From: Candidatus Thorarchaeota archaeon
GTDB taxonomy: Archaea; Asgardarchaeota; Thorarchaeia; Thorarchaeales; Thorarchaeaceae
Length of the DNA: 17,515 bases
Direction: 5' to 3'
NCBI GenBank assembly: GCA_016840855.1
Contig: JAEORO010000081.1
Location: 1-17,515, forward strand
Below the pieces are notes generated by a model that saw nothing but the letters and a program-made list of their open reading frames with translations, made no database searches and had not been told where the DNA came from. Made by a program: the position numbers and the translations under genes. Below are positions 9,265 through 17,263 of the stretch, piece by piece. Within the stretch, counting starts at the first letter, position 1, and each line of letters starts with the position of its first letter.

Positions 9265-10164
9265 ATGGTAGAGCTTCGTGATACTGATGAATATGCACAT
9301 GAGCCTAATGAGCTTCTTGAGTGGCGCGAGAGCTATTATTTCAACTGGGTGGATCTAGATACAGGTATCTCTGGGTTTTCAACGATTGGACTTCTGCCAA
9401 ACGTATCAAAAAGAGAGTTTGTTTTCGCTCTTTTCTATGATGGAAAACGCGAGGCATACTTCGTTGAGCCTAAGGGTCCAACACCAGAGAACTTCTATGA
9501 ATCTCTCTCAGATGGATTCCTCTCCTTTGAGGTTATTGAGCCATTCAAAGAATGGGCACTCCGGTACAACGGGACGAACCTCAAAGCCAACATTCGTTGG
9601 ACCGGTCGATTTCCAGCTTATGATTTCGGTCATGGGAGTGGTACTTCATGGACGGGTCACTTTGAGCAATCAGGAATAGCAAAAGGAAAAATCGAGTTTA
9701 CAAGTGGAGAAATATTGGAATTTAATGGATATGGAGAACGTGACAAGAGCTGGGGCACTCGAAACTGGCATATCGACAGCTGGTTTGCACTTCATGCTCA
9801 GTTTGATGAGTTATCCATTGGGCTTCGTCTTGACTCTGTTGATGGTCAGTTCCATCCATCTGGTGGAATTAGTACAGTTGAAGGTCACATTCCTATCATA
9901 AAAGTAGAACTTGACACCATCTATCATGAAAAGCAACACAACCTTCCAGTTGGTGCTTTGACAAAGGTCTATGGCAAGGATGGAAGCTGCTATACTCTAC
10001 AATCTTCAATTATCTCTCCAACGAGTTTTATCAGATTTGCACGTGAGTTCGATGAAGGGACAACAGAGCTCTTTGAAGAGATGGCTATTCATCAATGTGA
10101 TGAATTAGGGGCTCGTGGTACAGGACTAATCGAGTGGTTGTTCACTCACTTGAAAGAAAAGTGA
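9265..10164 (+). CDS. AttH/CrtC/tocopherol-cyclase-like double beta-barrel protein
   Basis: Motifs HEP....WRESYYFNWVD, HFEQSG...G.I and GYGERDKSWGTRNW, in a beta-rich sequence. AGGTG SD overlaps the upstream TAG and precedes ATG 9265. Confidence 0.7.
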   Translation: MVELRDTDEYAHEPNELLEWRESYYFNWVDLDTGISGFSTIGLLPNVSKREFVFALFYDGKREAYFVEPKGPTPENFYESLSDGFLSFEVIEPFKEWALRYNGTNLKANIRWTGRFPAYDFGHGSGTSWTGHFEQSGIAKGKIEFTSGEILEFNGYGERDKSWGTRNWHIDSWFALHAQFDELSIGLRLDSVDGQFHPSGGISTVEGHIPIIKVELDTIYHEKQHNLPVGALTKVYGKDGSCYTLQSSIISPTSFIRFAREFDEGTTELFEEMAIHQCDELGARGTGLIEWLFTHLKEK

Positions 10165-10203
10165 CAGAAGGACCAAGAAATGGGCCCTCTGTTTCATTAT
10201 GTT

Positions 10204-11961
10204 TTACCAGCTTAAACCAAGTATCGATGCAAGCAGCCATGCACACAGAATGGAGTTGATCATTGCCCCAAGCCAACGATTGCCTGTCACGCGATAGGCA
10301 AACATGGTGATTACTGTGCACACTGCGAACCATGGTGCAAATGCGTAGAAGAATAACCACGAGTAACCAATCATGTCTGGAACAAGAGGTGCTCCTGCGA
10401 GGTATCCTCCAAAGAATTCGAACGCGATAAGAATGAGGTAGGGAATTGTCTTGATAAACACTGATTTCACTGTCCAATTGAATTGAACTTTAATCCATGT
10501 GCCTGAACTCTCTGGCAGCATAATTCCCGTCAACCACGCTCCATCTACTAGCGTATATACAAGAAATACTACAAAGTATAGTGGTACCAGTCTTGCTTGT
10601 CCGAGTGTTAAGTCGTGAAGCCCAGGAAGGAAGCATCTCAAGTCCAAGACAAGTCCCAGATCGACGAGTAGGGTCAGCAAATACAACCATACAAACACAA
10701 TGAGAGTTAAAACAAGGGTCTTCAATAAATAGGGTAAGGGCTTCTGTTTCCTTGTTTCAAACAACTCACTTAGCGTTGGTGATGACACTTCATTACTTAT
10801 GCTGTTTTTCTCACTTTGAGAAACCCCCTTTCTTCGCAGGATTACAAAAAGAGCAAGTAAGGCTACAAGTCCACTTCCTAGAATCCATGCTACTACTGCT
10901 AACCCATAAAATGTTGGGAAGGGTATTACTCTCGCTAATAGAAGACCAACAGCAAGAAATGGGAAGAAAGTGAGAACACCAATCAATCCCAATATCATTC
11001 CGTAAAGATAGAACGCCTTCTTTGTGGCTGGTTCGTCAGTAGGCTTTCCTTTCAAGTCTGAGAAAACGGGCATGTCAATTAGAATAGCAATCAGAGGGAA
11101 AATCGTAAGAAGCGCACCAATCAATCCAAGGAGTCCACCAAGCAACCAAAATGGATACAGGATAGATGTACTCTCTATCCAGTGCTCGTCTTCAATTCCT
11201 CCCTTCAGACTATTCTTCATCCATTCTACGCTTTCGCTAACAATGACTGGATTAATAGTTTCGAAAAGGTGATTTGTAGGTGGAAACACAGCCCTCCTCG
11301 CTGTGTTGTTACTAAAGTCACCATAGGTCGTTCCCGGCACAACGCCAGTTACATTAAACCATGGGTCTAACAAGTCGGGATTTTGCGGATATCTGGATAA
11401 AGAATCGAAGGTACCTGTTGCTATGAGAGTGTTTGGAATGTATGGCATATTTTCACGAAATCCGGAACCAACAAGAACCAGAGCACGTACATAGACACTA
11501 GACTGATTTATAGCAGCCCATGCAATACCACCACCCATGCTGTGGCCTATCAAACCAATCTGTGTATTATCAACAAAATTTAAGGATGCAATATAATCCA
11601 AAGCTGCGGTTCCACTACCTGTTCCTGGCTCAGAATTACCATGACCATTCGCATCGATTGTAAGTGCCACAAATCCCCGCCGAGCGAGTTCGATACCAAA
11701 GGCCATTAGCCACTCTTTGCTCTGTTGTGACCCATGAATCACAACGACGCTTGGTAGTGGGTTAGTGTCAGTCGCATAATTTGGTTTCTGAAGTGTACTA
11801 TGAATCAAGGATCCATCAAGGGCTTGAAAATCAACCTCTGTGACAGTTATTGAACCGAACCCGCTCTGCACGCTTGCTGCTAATAGGGTCCCCGAGAGCA
11901 TGATGATCAAGCCAAGACTGAATACTAAGTGTCTACGTCTTATGTTCAAGTTTGTGCCCAC
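10204..11961 (-). CDS. Membrane-bound alpha/beta hydrolase (N-terminal TM, hydrolase domain, C-terminal multi-TM region)
   Basis: Motifs VVVIHG, LARRGFVALTIDANGHGNS and the nucleophile elbow GHSMGG, with candidate Asp (GTFD) and His (TNHLFE). The C-terminal ~310 aa holds many hydrophobic helices. Confidence 0.88.
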   Translation of the reverse strand: MGTNLNIRRRHLVFSLGLIIMLSGTLLAASVQSGFGSITVTEVDFQALDGSLIHSTLQKPNYATDTNPLPSVVVIHGSQQSKEWLMAFGIELARRGFVALTIDANGHGNSEPGTGSGTAALDYIASLNFVDNTQIGLIGHSMGGGIAWAAINQSSVYVRALVLVGSGFRENMPYIPNTLIATGTFDSLSRYPQNPDLLDPWFNVTGVVPGTTYGDFSNNTARRAVFPPTNHLFETINPVIVSESVEWMKNSLKGGIEDEHWIESTSILYPFWLLGGLLGLIGALLTIFPLIAILIDMPVFSDLKGKPTDEPATKKAFYLYGMILGLIGVLTFFPFLAVGLLLARVIPFPTFYGLAVVAWILGSGLVALLALFVILRRKGVSQSEKNSISNEVSSPTLSELFETRKQKPLPYLLKTLVLTLIVFVWLYLLTLLVDLGLVLDLRCFLPGLHDLTLGQARLVPLYFVVFLVYTLVDGAWLTGIMLPESSGTWIKVQFNWTVKSVFIKTIPYLILIAFEFFGGYLAGAPLVPDMIGYSWLFFYAFAPWFAVCTVITMFAYRVTGNRWLGAMINSILCAWLLASILGLSW

Positions 11962-12062
11962 CTTGTGAACGCGAGCAAAGTCATGTTCAACTCGGTCTTT
12001 TATTTCAACCGACTAATAAAACGTAATCCATATCAACTATAGAATGTTGAGGATAATTACTG

Positions 12063-12698
12063 ATGCCAGACTGGGACAAAATCTTCACAGAAAGAGGTCG
12101 AGTATTTACTGACCCTCACTCAGACATGGGACGAGTTGCGAAATTAGTTCAGAAAAATAATGGTTTACGTATCCTTGATCTTGGCTGCGGTTCCGGTCGA
12201 CATGTTGTATACCTTACACACCTCGGTTTTGATGTATACGGCTTTGATTCCTCTTCAAGAGCTATCAGTATGGCCCAAGAATGGCTCGAAGAAGAATCTC
12301 TAATTGCTGAGCTCAACGTACATAAGATGGAGAATCCATTTCCTTATGATGATAACTTCTTTGATGCAATTATCTCCATTCAAGTTATCCACCACAATCT
12401 TATGAAAGATATCAGAAAGACAATCTGTGAAATTGAGAGGGTCTTGAAACCAGGCGGTTTCCTCTTTGTCACTTTTCCTATACTACGTGCTGCGCCTGCG
12501 AGTGAGGAGGATGACTGGAAGCTGGTAGAAGTTGAGGAAGGAACATATATTCCCCAAAGTGGCTGGGAAAGCGGAATACCTCATCACTATTTCACCGAGG
12601 AGGAGATACCAATTGAGTTTCGGTCATTCGAAATTCTTGATATCTATCTGGATGAAACTAACCATCGCTGCGTTATTGCTAGACTGCCCATGAGTTAG
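12063..12698 (+). CDS. Class I SAM-dependent methyltransferase
   Basis: Motifs ILDLGCGSGRH, YGFDSS, FPYDDNFFDAIISIQVIHH and ERVLKPGG. Confidence 0.93.
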   Translation: MPDWDKIFTERGRVFTDPHSDMGRVAKLVQKNNGLRILDLGCGSGRHVVYLTHLGFDVYGFDSSSRAISMAQEWLEEESLIAELNVHKMENPFPYDDNFFDAIISIQVIHHNLMKDIRKTICEIERVLKPGGFLFVTFPILRAAPASEEDDWKLVEVEEGTYIPQSGWESGIPHHYFTEEEIPIEFRSFEILDIYLDETNHRCVIARLPMS

Positions 12699-13888
12699 AT
12701 TTGATCTTCCAATCCAAATGTTGGGAAAACAAGACTCTTTATTTTCTCTATCGTATCATCCACTGCGCGACGTATCTTTGGATACTGGTCGCTAGGCATC
12801 CTGAAAGGCCTGCTAGTCCATCCTCCTCTCTTCACTTGGAAGCCATGTTTAAGACATAGCTCAATCCAATTGGCTGGAATTGTCGGTGGCAATGCAATGT
12901 CCGCGATGTCTGCTAATATAATCGTCCAAATCTTTGCAGCAGCCACAGCATTGTATCCACCGCCTCCTGTCACAACCAACTTTCTGGTTCCTAAGTGAAC
13001 AAGCTGACGAACAGTCTTAGAAGTTCGCTGATAGGTGTCATAGGTCAGCATCAAGTCCGTGAGTGGGTCATTCATATAACCATCTGCGCCTACATCCCAG
13101 AATACAAAATCTGGTTTATATGCCAACCAGATTGGAACCACCACATCCTCGAACGCTCGCCACCACTCGACATCATCCGTGAGCGGTGGGAGTGGTATGT
13201 TTACATTGTACCCTATGCCATCACCAATGCCCACTTCTTCCACTCTACCCGTTCCTGGAAAGAATCCCATACTCAGCTCATGAAGTGATATTGTCAGGAC
13301 ATTAGGGTCATTATAGAATGCATGCTGCACCCCATCCCCATGATGAGCATCGGTATCAAGATAGAGCATTTTCTTCCCCGGGTATTTTTGAAGATACTTC
13401 TTTATGGCAACCACACAGTCATTGTAATAACAGAAACCTGCAGCTTGACTCTCAAACGCATGATGAAGCCCTCCAAAGAATGTCACTGCATCTTCAAACT
13501 TGCCATCAGCGACTCCCATGACTGCATCGATAGTCCCACCAACAATGTAGCTTGCATATTGGTCAACACCAGGAAAGATAGGACATTCATTGGTATCTAA
13601 TCCAAAACGTGCAGAGAACGCAGTGCCCATGTTTCCAAAGAGTTCGAGTGTTTCGATATATGATGGGTCATGAAACAAAAGAAGCTCTTCACGTGTAGCA
13701 CGACGCATTTGTTGAATAGATATCCTTGGGCTTTTCAGCAATCCTGACATCACTGGTAGATTCCACGTCACCTCAAGTCGTGCTCGATTCCAGTACGGAT
13801 TAGGCTCTGCCCTCATTCTATCTAACTCATCGATGCCATCTAGGCTAAGGATTGCCTCCGGATCGAATAGGGCAGTCAGTTCTGACAA
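12695..13888 (-). CDS. acuC: AcuC/class I histone deacetylase-family Zn-dependent deacetylase
   Basis: Motifs ATREELLLFHDPSYI, GGLHHA, GFCYYND, YLDTDAHHGDGVQ, TISLHE, FFPGTG, NIPLPP, GADGYMNDPL and GGGGYN. GGAGG lies 7 nt upstream of the TTG start. The symbol denotes the family, not a proven role. Confidence 0.9.
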   Translation of the reverse strand: MSELTALFDPEAILSLDGIDELDRMRAEPNPYWNRARLEVTWNLPVMSGLLKSPRISIQQMRRATREELLLFHDPSYIETLELFGNMGTAFSARFGLDTNECPIFPGVDQYASYIVGGTIDAVMGVADGKFEDAVTFFGGLHHAFESQAAGFCYYNDCVVAIKKYLQKYPGKKMLYLDTDAHHGDGVQHAFYNDPNVLTISLHELSMGFFPGTGRVEEVGIGDGIGYNVNIPLPPLTDDVEWWRAFEDVVVPIWLAYKPDFVFWDVGADGYMNDPLTDLMLTYDTYQRTSKTVRQLVHLGTRKLVVTGGGGYNAVAAAKIWTIILADIADIALPPTIPANWIELCLKHGFQVKRGGWTSRPFRMPSDQYPKIRRAVDDTIEKIKSLVFPTFGLEDQI

Positions 13889-14016
13889 AGGATATCCTCC
13901 CGATATTGAATCGGACTTGGACGTCTGGTTCTATTCTCCTCTTATGTTTGATGGCGACGAATCCTGATAGTCCCTTCGAAAGCCTCATTATTCCTGATTT
14001 CAAAGGTAGACCTGCA

Positions 14017-15024
14017 ATGTCAAAATATGATTTGATTAAGGAAACGCTTCTTGGCAACTTAAGCGAACAGATTCCCATCTCTCTCTGGAAACATCATCCT
14101 GAAGCAGACAGAACTCCTGAAGGTCTTGCCAAAGCAGAGATTGACTTCCACAAATTAATGAACCACGATTTGATGAAGATCTCTTTCTTTGGTCATTTTC
14201 CTTGTATAGATTTTGGATGCACTGCGATTTATGATGGTGCCATAACAGGATCAACTACCCTGACCACAGCGGCAATCAACAAGGTGAGTGATTGGGAAAC
14301 CCTAGAACCACTTGATGTGAATGCAGGTGAGTTTGGAAGACAGATTCATGCAGTCGAGTTAATTCAAAAATACGCACATGGCGTAGTACCAACAATGGCC
14401 ACCGTTTTCGATCCTACAATGGTCGCAGATAAAATCTCTGACAAGAATTTACAAAAATATGCAGATGAGAACCCTGAGGTATTGAAAGGTGCACTAGAAA
14501 TAATAACTGACATCATGGTTGATTTTGCCAGTGCTGCAATAGATGCAGGAGCTGATGGCATCTTTTTGGCTTCCCAGCACTCTACAAAGTCATCAGTGAC
14601 AGATAAACAATACAAAGAATTTGTGTTGCCTTATGATCTAAAATTCATCACTCGACTCAGAGGAAAGGCGAAATTCATTGTCCTACATCTCCATGCACGA
14701 GAAGAAAATGAGGAGCTCAGGTTTGACCAGATTGCCAAAACACCCGGAGTTGCCGGTATTAATTGGGAAGATCAGACCTCGGCTTTGTCACTGAAACAAG
14801 GCAAGAAACGGTTCAGGGGCGCAGTTCTTGGTGGGATTGATCATAATGGAGTCTTTAGGACTGGAAATGCAGAAGACGCGCGGAAACAGGTACTCCAAGC
14901 AATAGATGAAGCTGGTCCTGACCGTTTGATTATAGCCCCAGGGTGCGTTATAACCGTTGATACCCCACAGGAGAACATTATCGCAGTAAGAGATGCAGTA
15001 AAATCAGTCAATCTGTATGAGTAG
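14017..15024 (+). CDS. Uroporphyrinogen decarboxylase-superfamily (URO-D/MtaA-like) TIM-barrel protein
   Basis: Motifs PISLWKHHP, ATVFDP, AIDAGADGIFLA, YKEFVLPYD, VLHLH, GINW, VLGGID and LIIAPGCV. ATG 14017 follows AAAGGT; the ORF-track start at 13852 overlaps the divergent deacetylase and is unlikely. Confidence 0.85.
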   Translation: MSKYDLIKETLLGNLSEQIPISLWKHHPEADRTPEGLAKAEIDFHKLMNHDLMKISFFGHFPCIDFGCTAIYDGAITGSTTLTTAAINKVSDWETLEPLDVNAGEFGRQIHAVELIQKYAHGVVPTMATVFDPTMVADKISDKNLQKYADENPEVLKGALEIITDIMVDFASAAIDAGADGIFLASQHSTKSSVTDKQYKEFVLPYDLKFITRLRGKAKFIVLHLHAREENEELRFDQIAKTPGVAGINWEDQTSALSLKQGKKRFRGAVLGGIDHNGVFRTGNAEDARKQVLQAIDEAGPDRLIIAPGCVITVDTPQENIIAVRDAVKSVNLYE

Positions 15025-15035
15025 GAGGATGAGAA

Positions 15036-16751
15036 ATGACCAGAAATGCTGAGGTGGCTCGGATTCTCAAAGAGATTGGTCTATTGCTCGAAGTCGAGGG
15101 CAAAGACCGTTTCAAACCTCTTGCATACTATCGTGGAGTAAGATCTATCACCTCTCTTGGAGAGGATATCGAAGCTGTGGCAAAACGCGATGGGCTCATG
15201 GATATCCCTGGCATTGGTAAAGGTCTTGCAGAAGTAATCAAAACCTATCTTGAAACTGGCGAAGTTGAGCTTCTTAATAAACTTAGAACACGTGTTCCAG
15301 TGAAAGTATTAGAGCTTGACGCAATCCCGGGAGTCGGTCCAAAAACAATCAAACTTGTGTACGAGAAGCTAGGTGTCAAAGACATAGATTCACTTGAACA
15401 GGTTGCCAATGAGGGGAAGCTCTCAGTCTTACCAGGTCTTGGTGAGAAAACCCAAGTACAAATCATTGAGGGAATTCAGATTGTAAGAGCCGGAATGGAG
15501 AGGACTCTCCTCTCTGATGCCATCTCCGTAGCTGAGAGAATCGAGAACGAACTTAGCAAATTGAAGGTCATAGAACAACTTGCGATTGCTGGATCCACAC
15601 GTCGCCGAAGAGAAACCATTGGTGATCTTGACATAATAGTTGTTACAACAGATTCTGAAACCGTAATGGGCTCTTTTGTCAGCTCAGAAGGAGTAACGGC
15701 AGTTCTCGCTCATGGACCCACAAAGTCCTCAGTGCGATTAGACTCCGGTCTGCAAGTAGACCTCAGAGTACTACCTAGTGAGAGTTTTGGCGCAGGTCTT
15801 CAATATTTCACCGGGAGTGTTGATCACAACGTCAAATTGCGTTCAATCGCGCAAAAGATGAAATTACGCCTTAACGAATATGGTTTGTATAAAGACAAGA
15901 AGAGAGTGGCAGGCGAGGATGAAGAGGGTATCTATAGGGCACTTGGACTTCAATATGTTCCTCCTGAATTGAGAGAGGACAAAGGTGAGATCGAAGCCGC
16001 TCAGAAAGGAGAACTCCCTAATCTTGTAACAATGAATGAAATTCATGGAGACCTACATAGTCACACAGACCAGTCAGATGGAAAGAACACGCTTGAAGAG
16101 ATGCTGGATGCTGCTGAGGGACATGGCTACAACTACTATTGTGTTTCAGACCATACAAAGAGTCTCACAATCGCAAATGGAATGGATGAAGAACGCCTTC
16201 TGAAGAGACTAGAGGAGATTGATGGGCTCAATGCATCTGGTCGCTGGAAGATGAAGATACTGAAAGGTGCTGAGGTAGATATCCTAGCTGATGGTAGCCT
16301 TGACATTGAAGACACTGTTTTGTCGCAGTTAGATATTGTCACAGTTTCTATTCACAGTCGGATGAAAGATAAGAAAAACACCATGACTGAACGAGTCTGC
16401 CATGCTTTAGAAAACAAGTACATTCACATTCTGGGTCATCCGACTGGTCGTCTAATCGGCAAGCGATCTGAGTTTGAGATTGACTTAGAGCAAGTATTTG
16501 AAACAGCCAAAAAACACAATGTAATCATGGAGCTAAATGCTCATCCGCAAAGATTGGACCTAAATGCTGGTAACTTGCGGGTTGCCACTAAGATTGGTCT
16601 GAAGATAGCGATAAATACAGACGCCCACGCAATCTCAGAACTTGATAATATGCGATTTGGAGTCTACCAAGCTCGTCGTGGTTGGCTAACTCCCGATGAT
16701 GTCATCAATACATATTCTTTGAAGAAACTTATGAAATTCATCAAGAAATAG
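15036..16751 (+). CDS. polX: Family X DNA polymerase with C-terminal PHP domain (PolX)
   Basis: HhH motifs (IPGIGKG, IPGVGPKT, LPGLGEKT), AGSTRRRRETIGDLDI (DxD), QVDLRV and LQYFTGS. PHP motifs DLHSHT, SDH, GAEVDI, GHPTGR, ELN and NTDAH. GGAGG SD. Confidence 0.96.
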   Translation: MTRNAEVARILKEIGLLLEVEGKDRFKPLAYYRGVRSITSLGEDIEAVAKRDGLMDIPGIGKGLAEVIKTYLETGEVELLNKLRTRVPVKVLELDAIPGVGPKTIKLVYEKLGVKDIDSLEQVANEGKLSVLPGLGEKTQVQIIEGIQIVRAGMERTLLSDAISVAERIENELSKLKVIEQLAIAGSTRRRRETIGDLDIIVVTTDSETVMGSFVSSEGVTAVLAHGPTKSSVRLDSGLQVDLRVLPSESFGAGLQYFTGSVDHNVKLRSIAQKMKLRLNEYGLYKDKKRVAGEDEEGIYRALGLQYVPPELREDKGEIEAAQKGELPNLVTMNEIHGDLHSHTDQSDGKNTLEEMLDAAEGHGYNYYCVSDHTKSLTIANGMDEERLLKRLEEIDGLNASGRWKMKILKGAEVDILADGSLDIEDTVLSQLDIVTVSIHSRMKDKKNTMTERVCHALENKYIHILGHPTGRLIGKRSEFEIDLEQVFETAKKHNVIMELNAHPQRLDLNAGNLRVATKIGLKIAINTDAHAISELDNMRFGVYQARRGWLTPDDVINTYSLKKLMKFIKK

Positions 16752-16766
16752 GAACCATTTGTAGAT

Positions 16767-16821
16767 AGTCACATCTTGTGACTTCATCCTGTGACCCCGA
16801 AATGTGGCTTCGCTATATATA
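16767..16821 (+). promoter_or_regulatory. Palindrome, 13-bp-phased TGTGRC repeats and TATA box upstream of the small-ORF cluster
   Basis: Perfect inverted repeat AGTCACA-TCT-TGTGACT (16767-16783). TGTGAC/TGTGAC/TGTGGC at 16777, 16790 and 16803. TATATATA at 16814-16821, about 32 nt before ATG 16854. Confidence 0.55.
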
Positions 16822-16853
16822 CCAAAACTGAGCAGTATTTCTTGTGAAATATC

Positions 16854-16955
16854 ATGGCTCTAACAACTAACTCACGAAATACATTTGTGCTGAAGAACAA
16901 CAAGGCAACAGTTTCCACTGATGCCCTGACCTATGCATACATCTATCGGAGGTAA
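16854..16955 (+). CDS. Small ORF 1, 33 aa: MALTTNSRNTFVLKNNKATVSTDALTYAYIYRR
   Basis: Translated by hand (below the ORF-track cutoff). It lies just downstream of a TATA box and resembles sORF2. Confidence 0.6.
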   Translation: MALTTNSRNTFVLKNNKATVSTDALTYAYIYRR

Positions 16956-16962
16956 GGTCGAA

Positions 16963-17058
16963 GTGGCACTAGCGAAGGTTGAGAAGAAATTCTTGAAGGA
17001 CTCTTTTGAACCGAGAATTAGTACCGATGCTATTACTCGCGTATACTTCAGGAGATAG
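16963..17058 (+). CDS. Small ORF 2, 31 aa: MALAKVEKKFLKDSFEPRISTDAITRVYFRR
   Basis: GTG start 9 nt after GGAGGT (16948-16953), which is embedded in the end of sORF1. Shares MAL, F.LK, [VI]STDA[LI]T and terminal RR with sORF1. Confidence 0.6.
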   Translation: MALAKVEKKFLKDSFEPRISTDAITRVYFRR

Positions 17059-17064
17059 ATTTGG

Positions 17065-17181
17065 ATGAATGATATCCACTCTTCATTAAGCACACCCTCA
17101 AATCAAGAGGTTCAGAATACTCGTACCAGAGATGGTAGCAAACTCTCTCTAGCTGAAGTGCTCGCGCTGGAAGCAACGTGA
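17065..17181 (+). CDS. Small ORF 3, 38 aa: MNDIHSSLSTPSNQEVQNTRTRDGSKLSLAEVLALEAT
   Basis: The ATG is 6 nt after the sORF2 stop, with an AGGAG SD embedded in the end of sORF2, and a T-tract follows. No similarity to sORF1 or sORF2. Confidence 0.42.
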   Translation: MNDIHSSLSTPSNQEVQNTRTRDGSKLSLAEVLALEAT

Positions 17182-17188
17182 GCACCAA

Positions 17189-17201
17189 TTCTCTTTTTTC
17201 T
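17189..17201 (+). terminator. Archaeal-type oligo-T terminator after the small-ORF cluster
   Basis: TTCTCTTTTTTCT begins 8 nt after the sORF3 stop. Confidence 0.45.
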
Positions 17202-17263
17202 AATCTATTTAGAATCTATCAAATCCATAATGAATTCAGGTAAGATTCAAAATAGATAAGGAA

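Noticed and set aside
13852-14016. 55-aa N-terminal extension of the URO-D ORF
   Set aside because: It overlaps the start and SD of the divergent deacetylase. Family-like sequence begins at ATG 14017, which has its own SD-like motif.
567-16342. Numerous 60-117 aa alternative-frame and antisense ORFs nested in long genes
   Set aside because: They lie within well-supported CDSs and show no motifs, so they are treated as shadow ORFs.
16872-17093. 73-aa minus-strand ORF from the ORF track
   Set aside because: It has no recognisable motif and is antisense to the plus-strand small ORFs, which have TATA, SD, paralogy and terminator support.
16752-17263. CRISPR array or structured ncRNA in the polX-tRNA gap
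   Set aside because: There are no repeat-spacer units of CRISPR size and no recognisable RNA family; the small-ORF model explains the region better.
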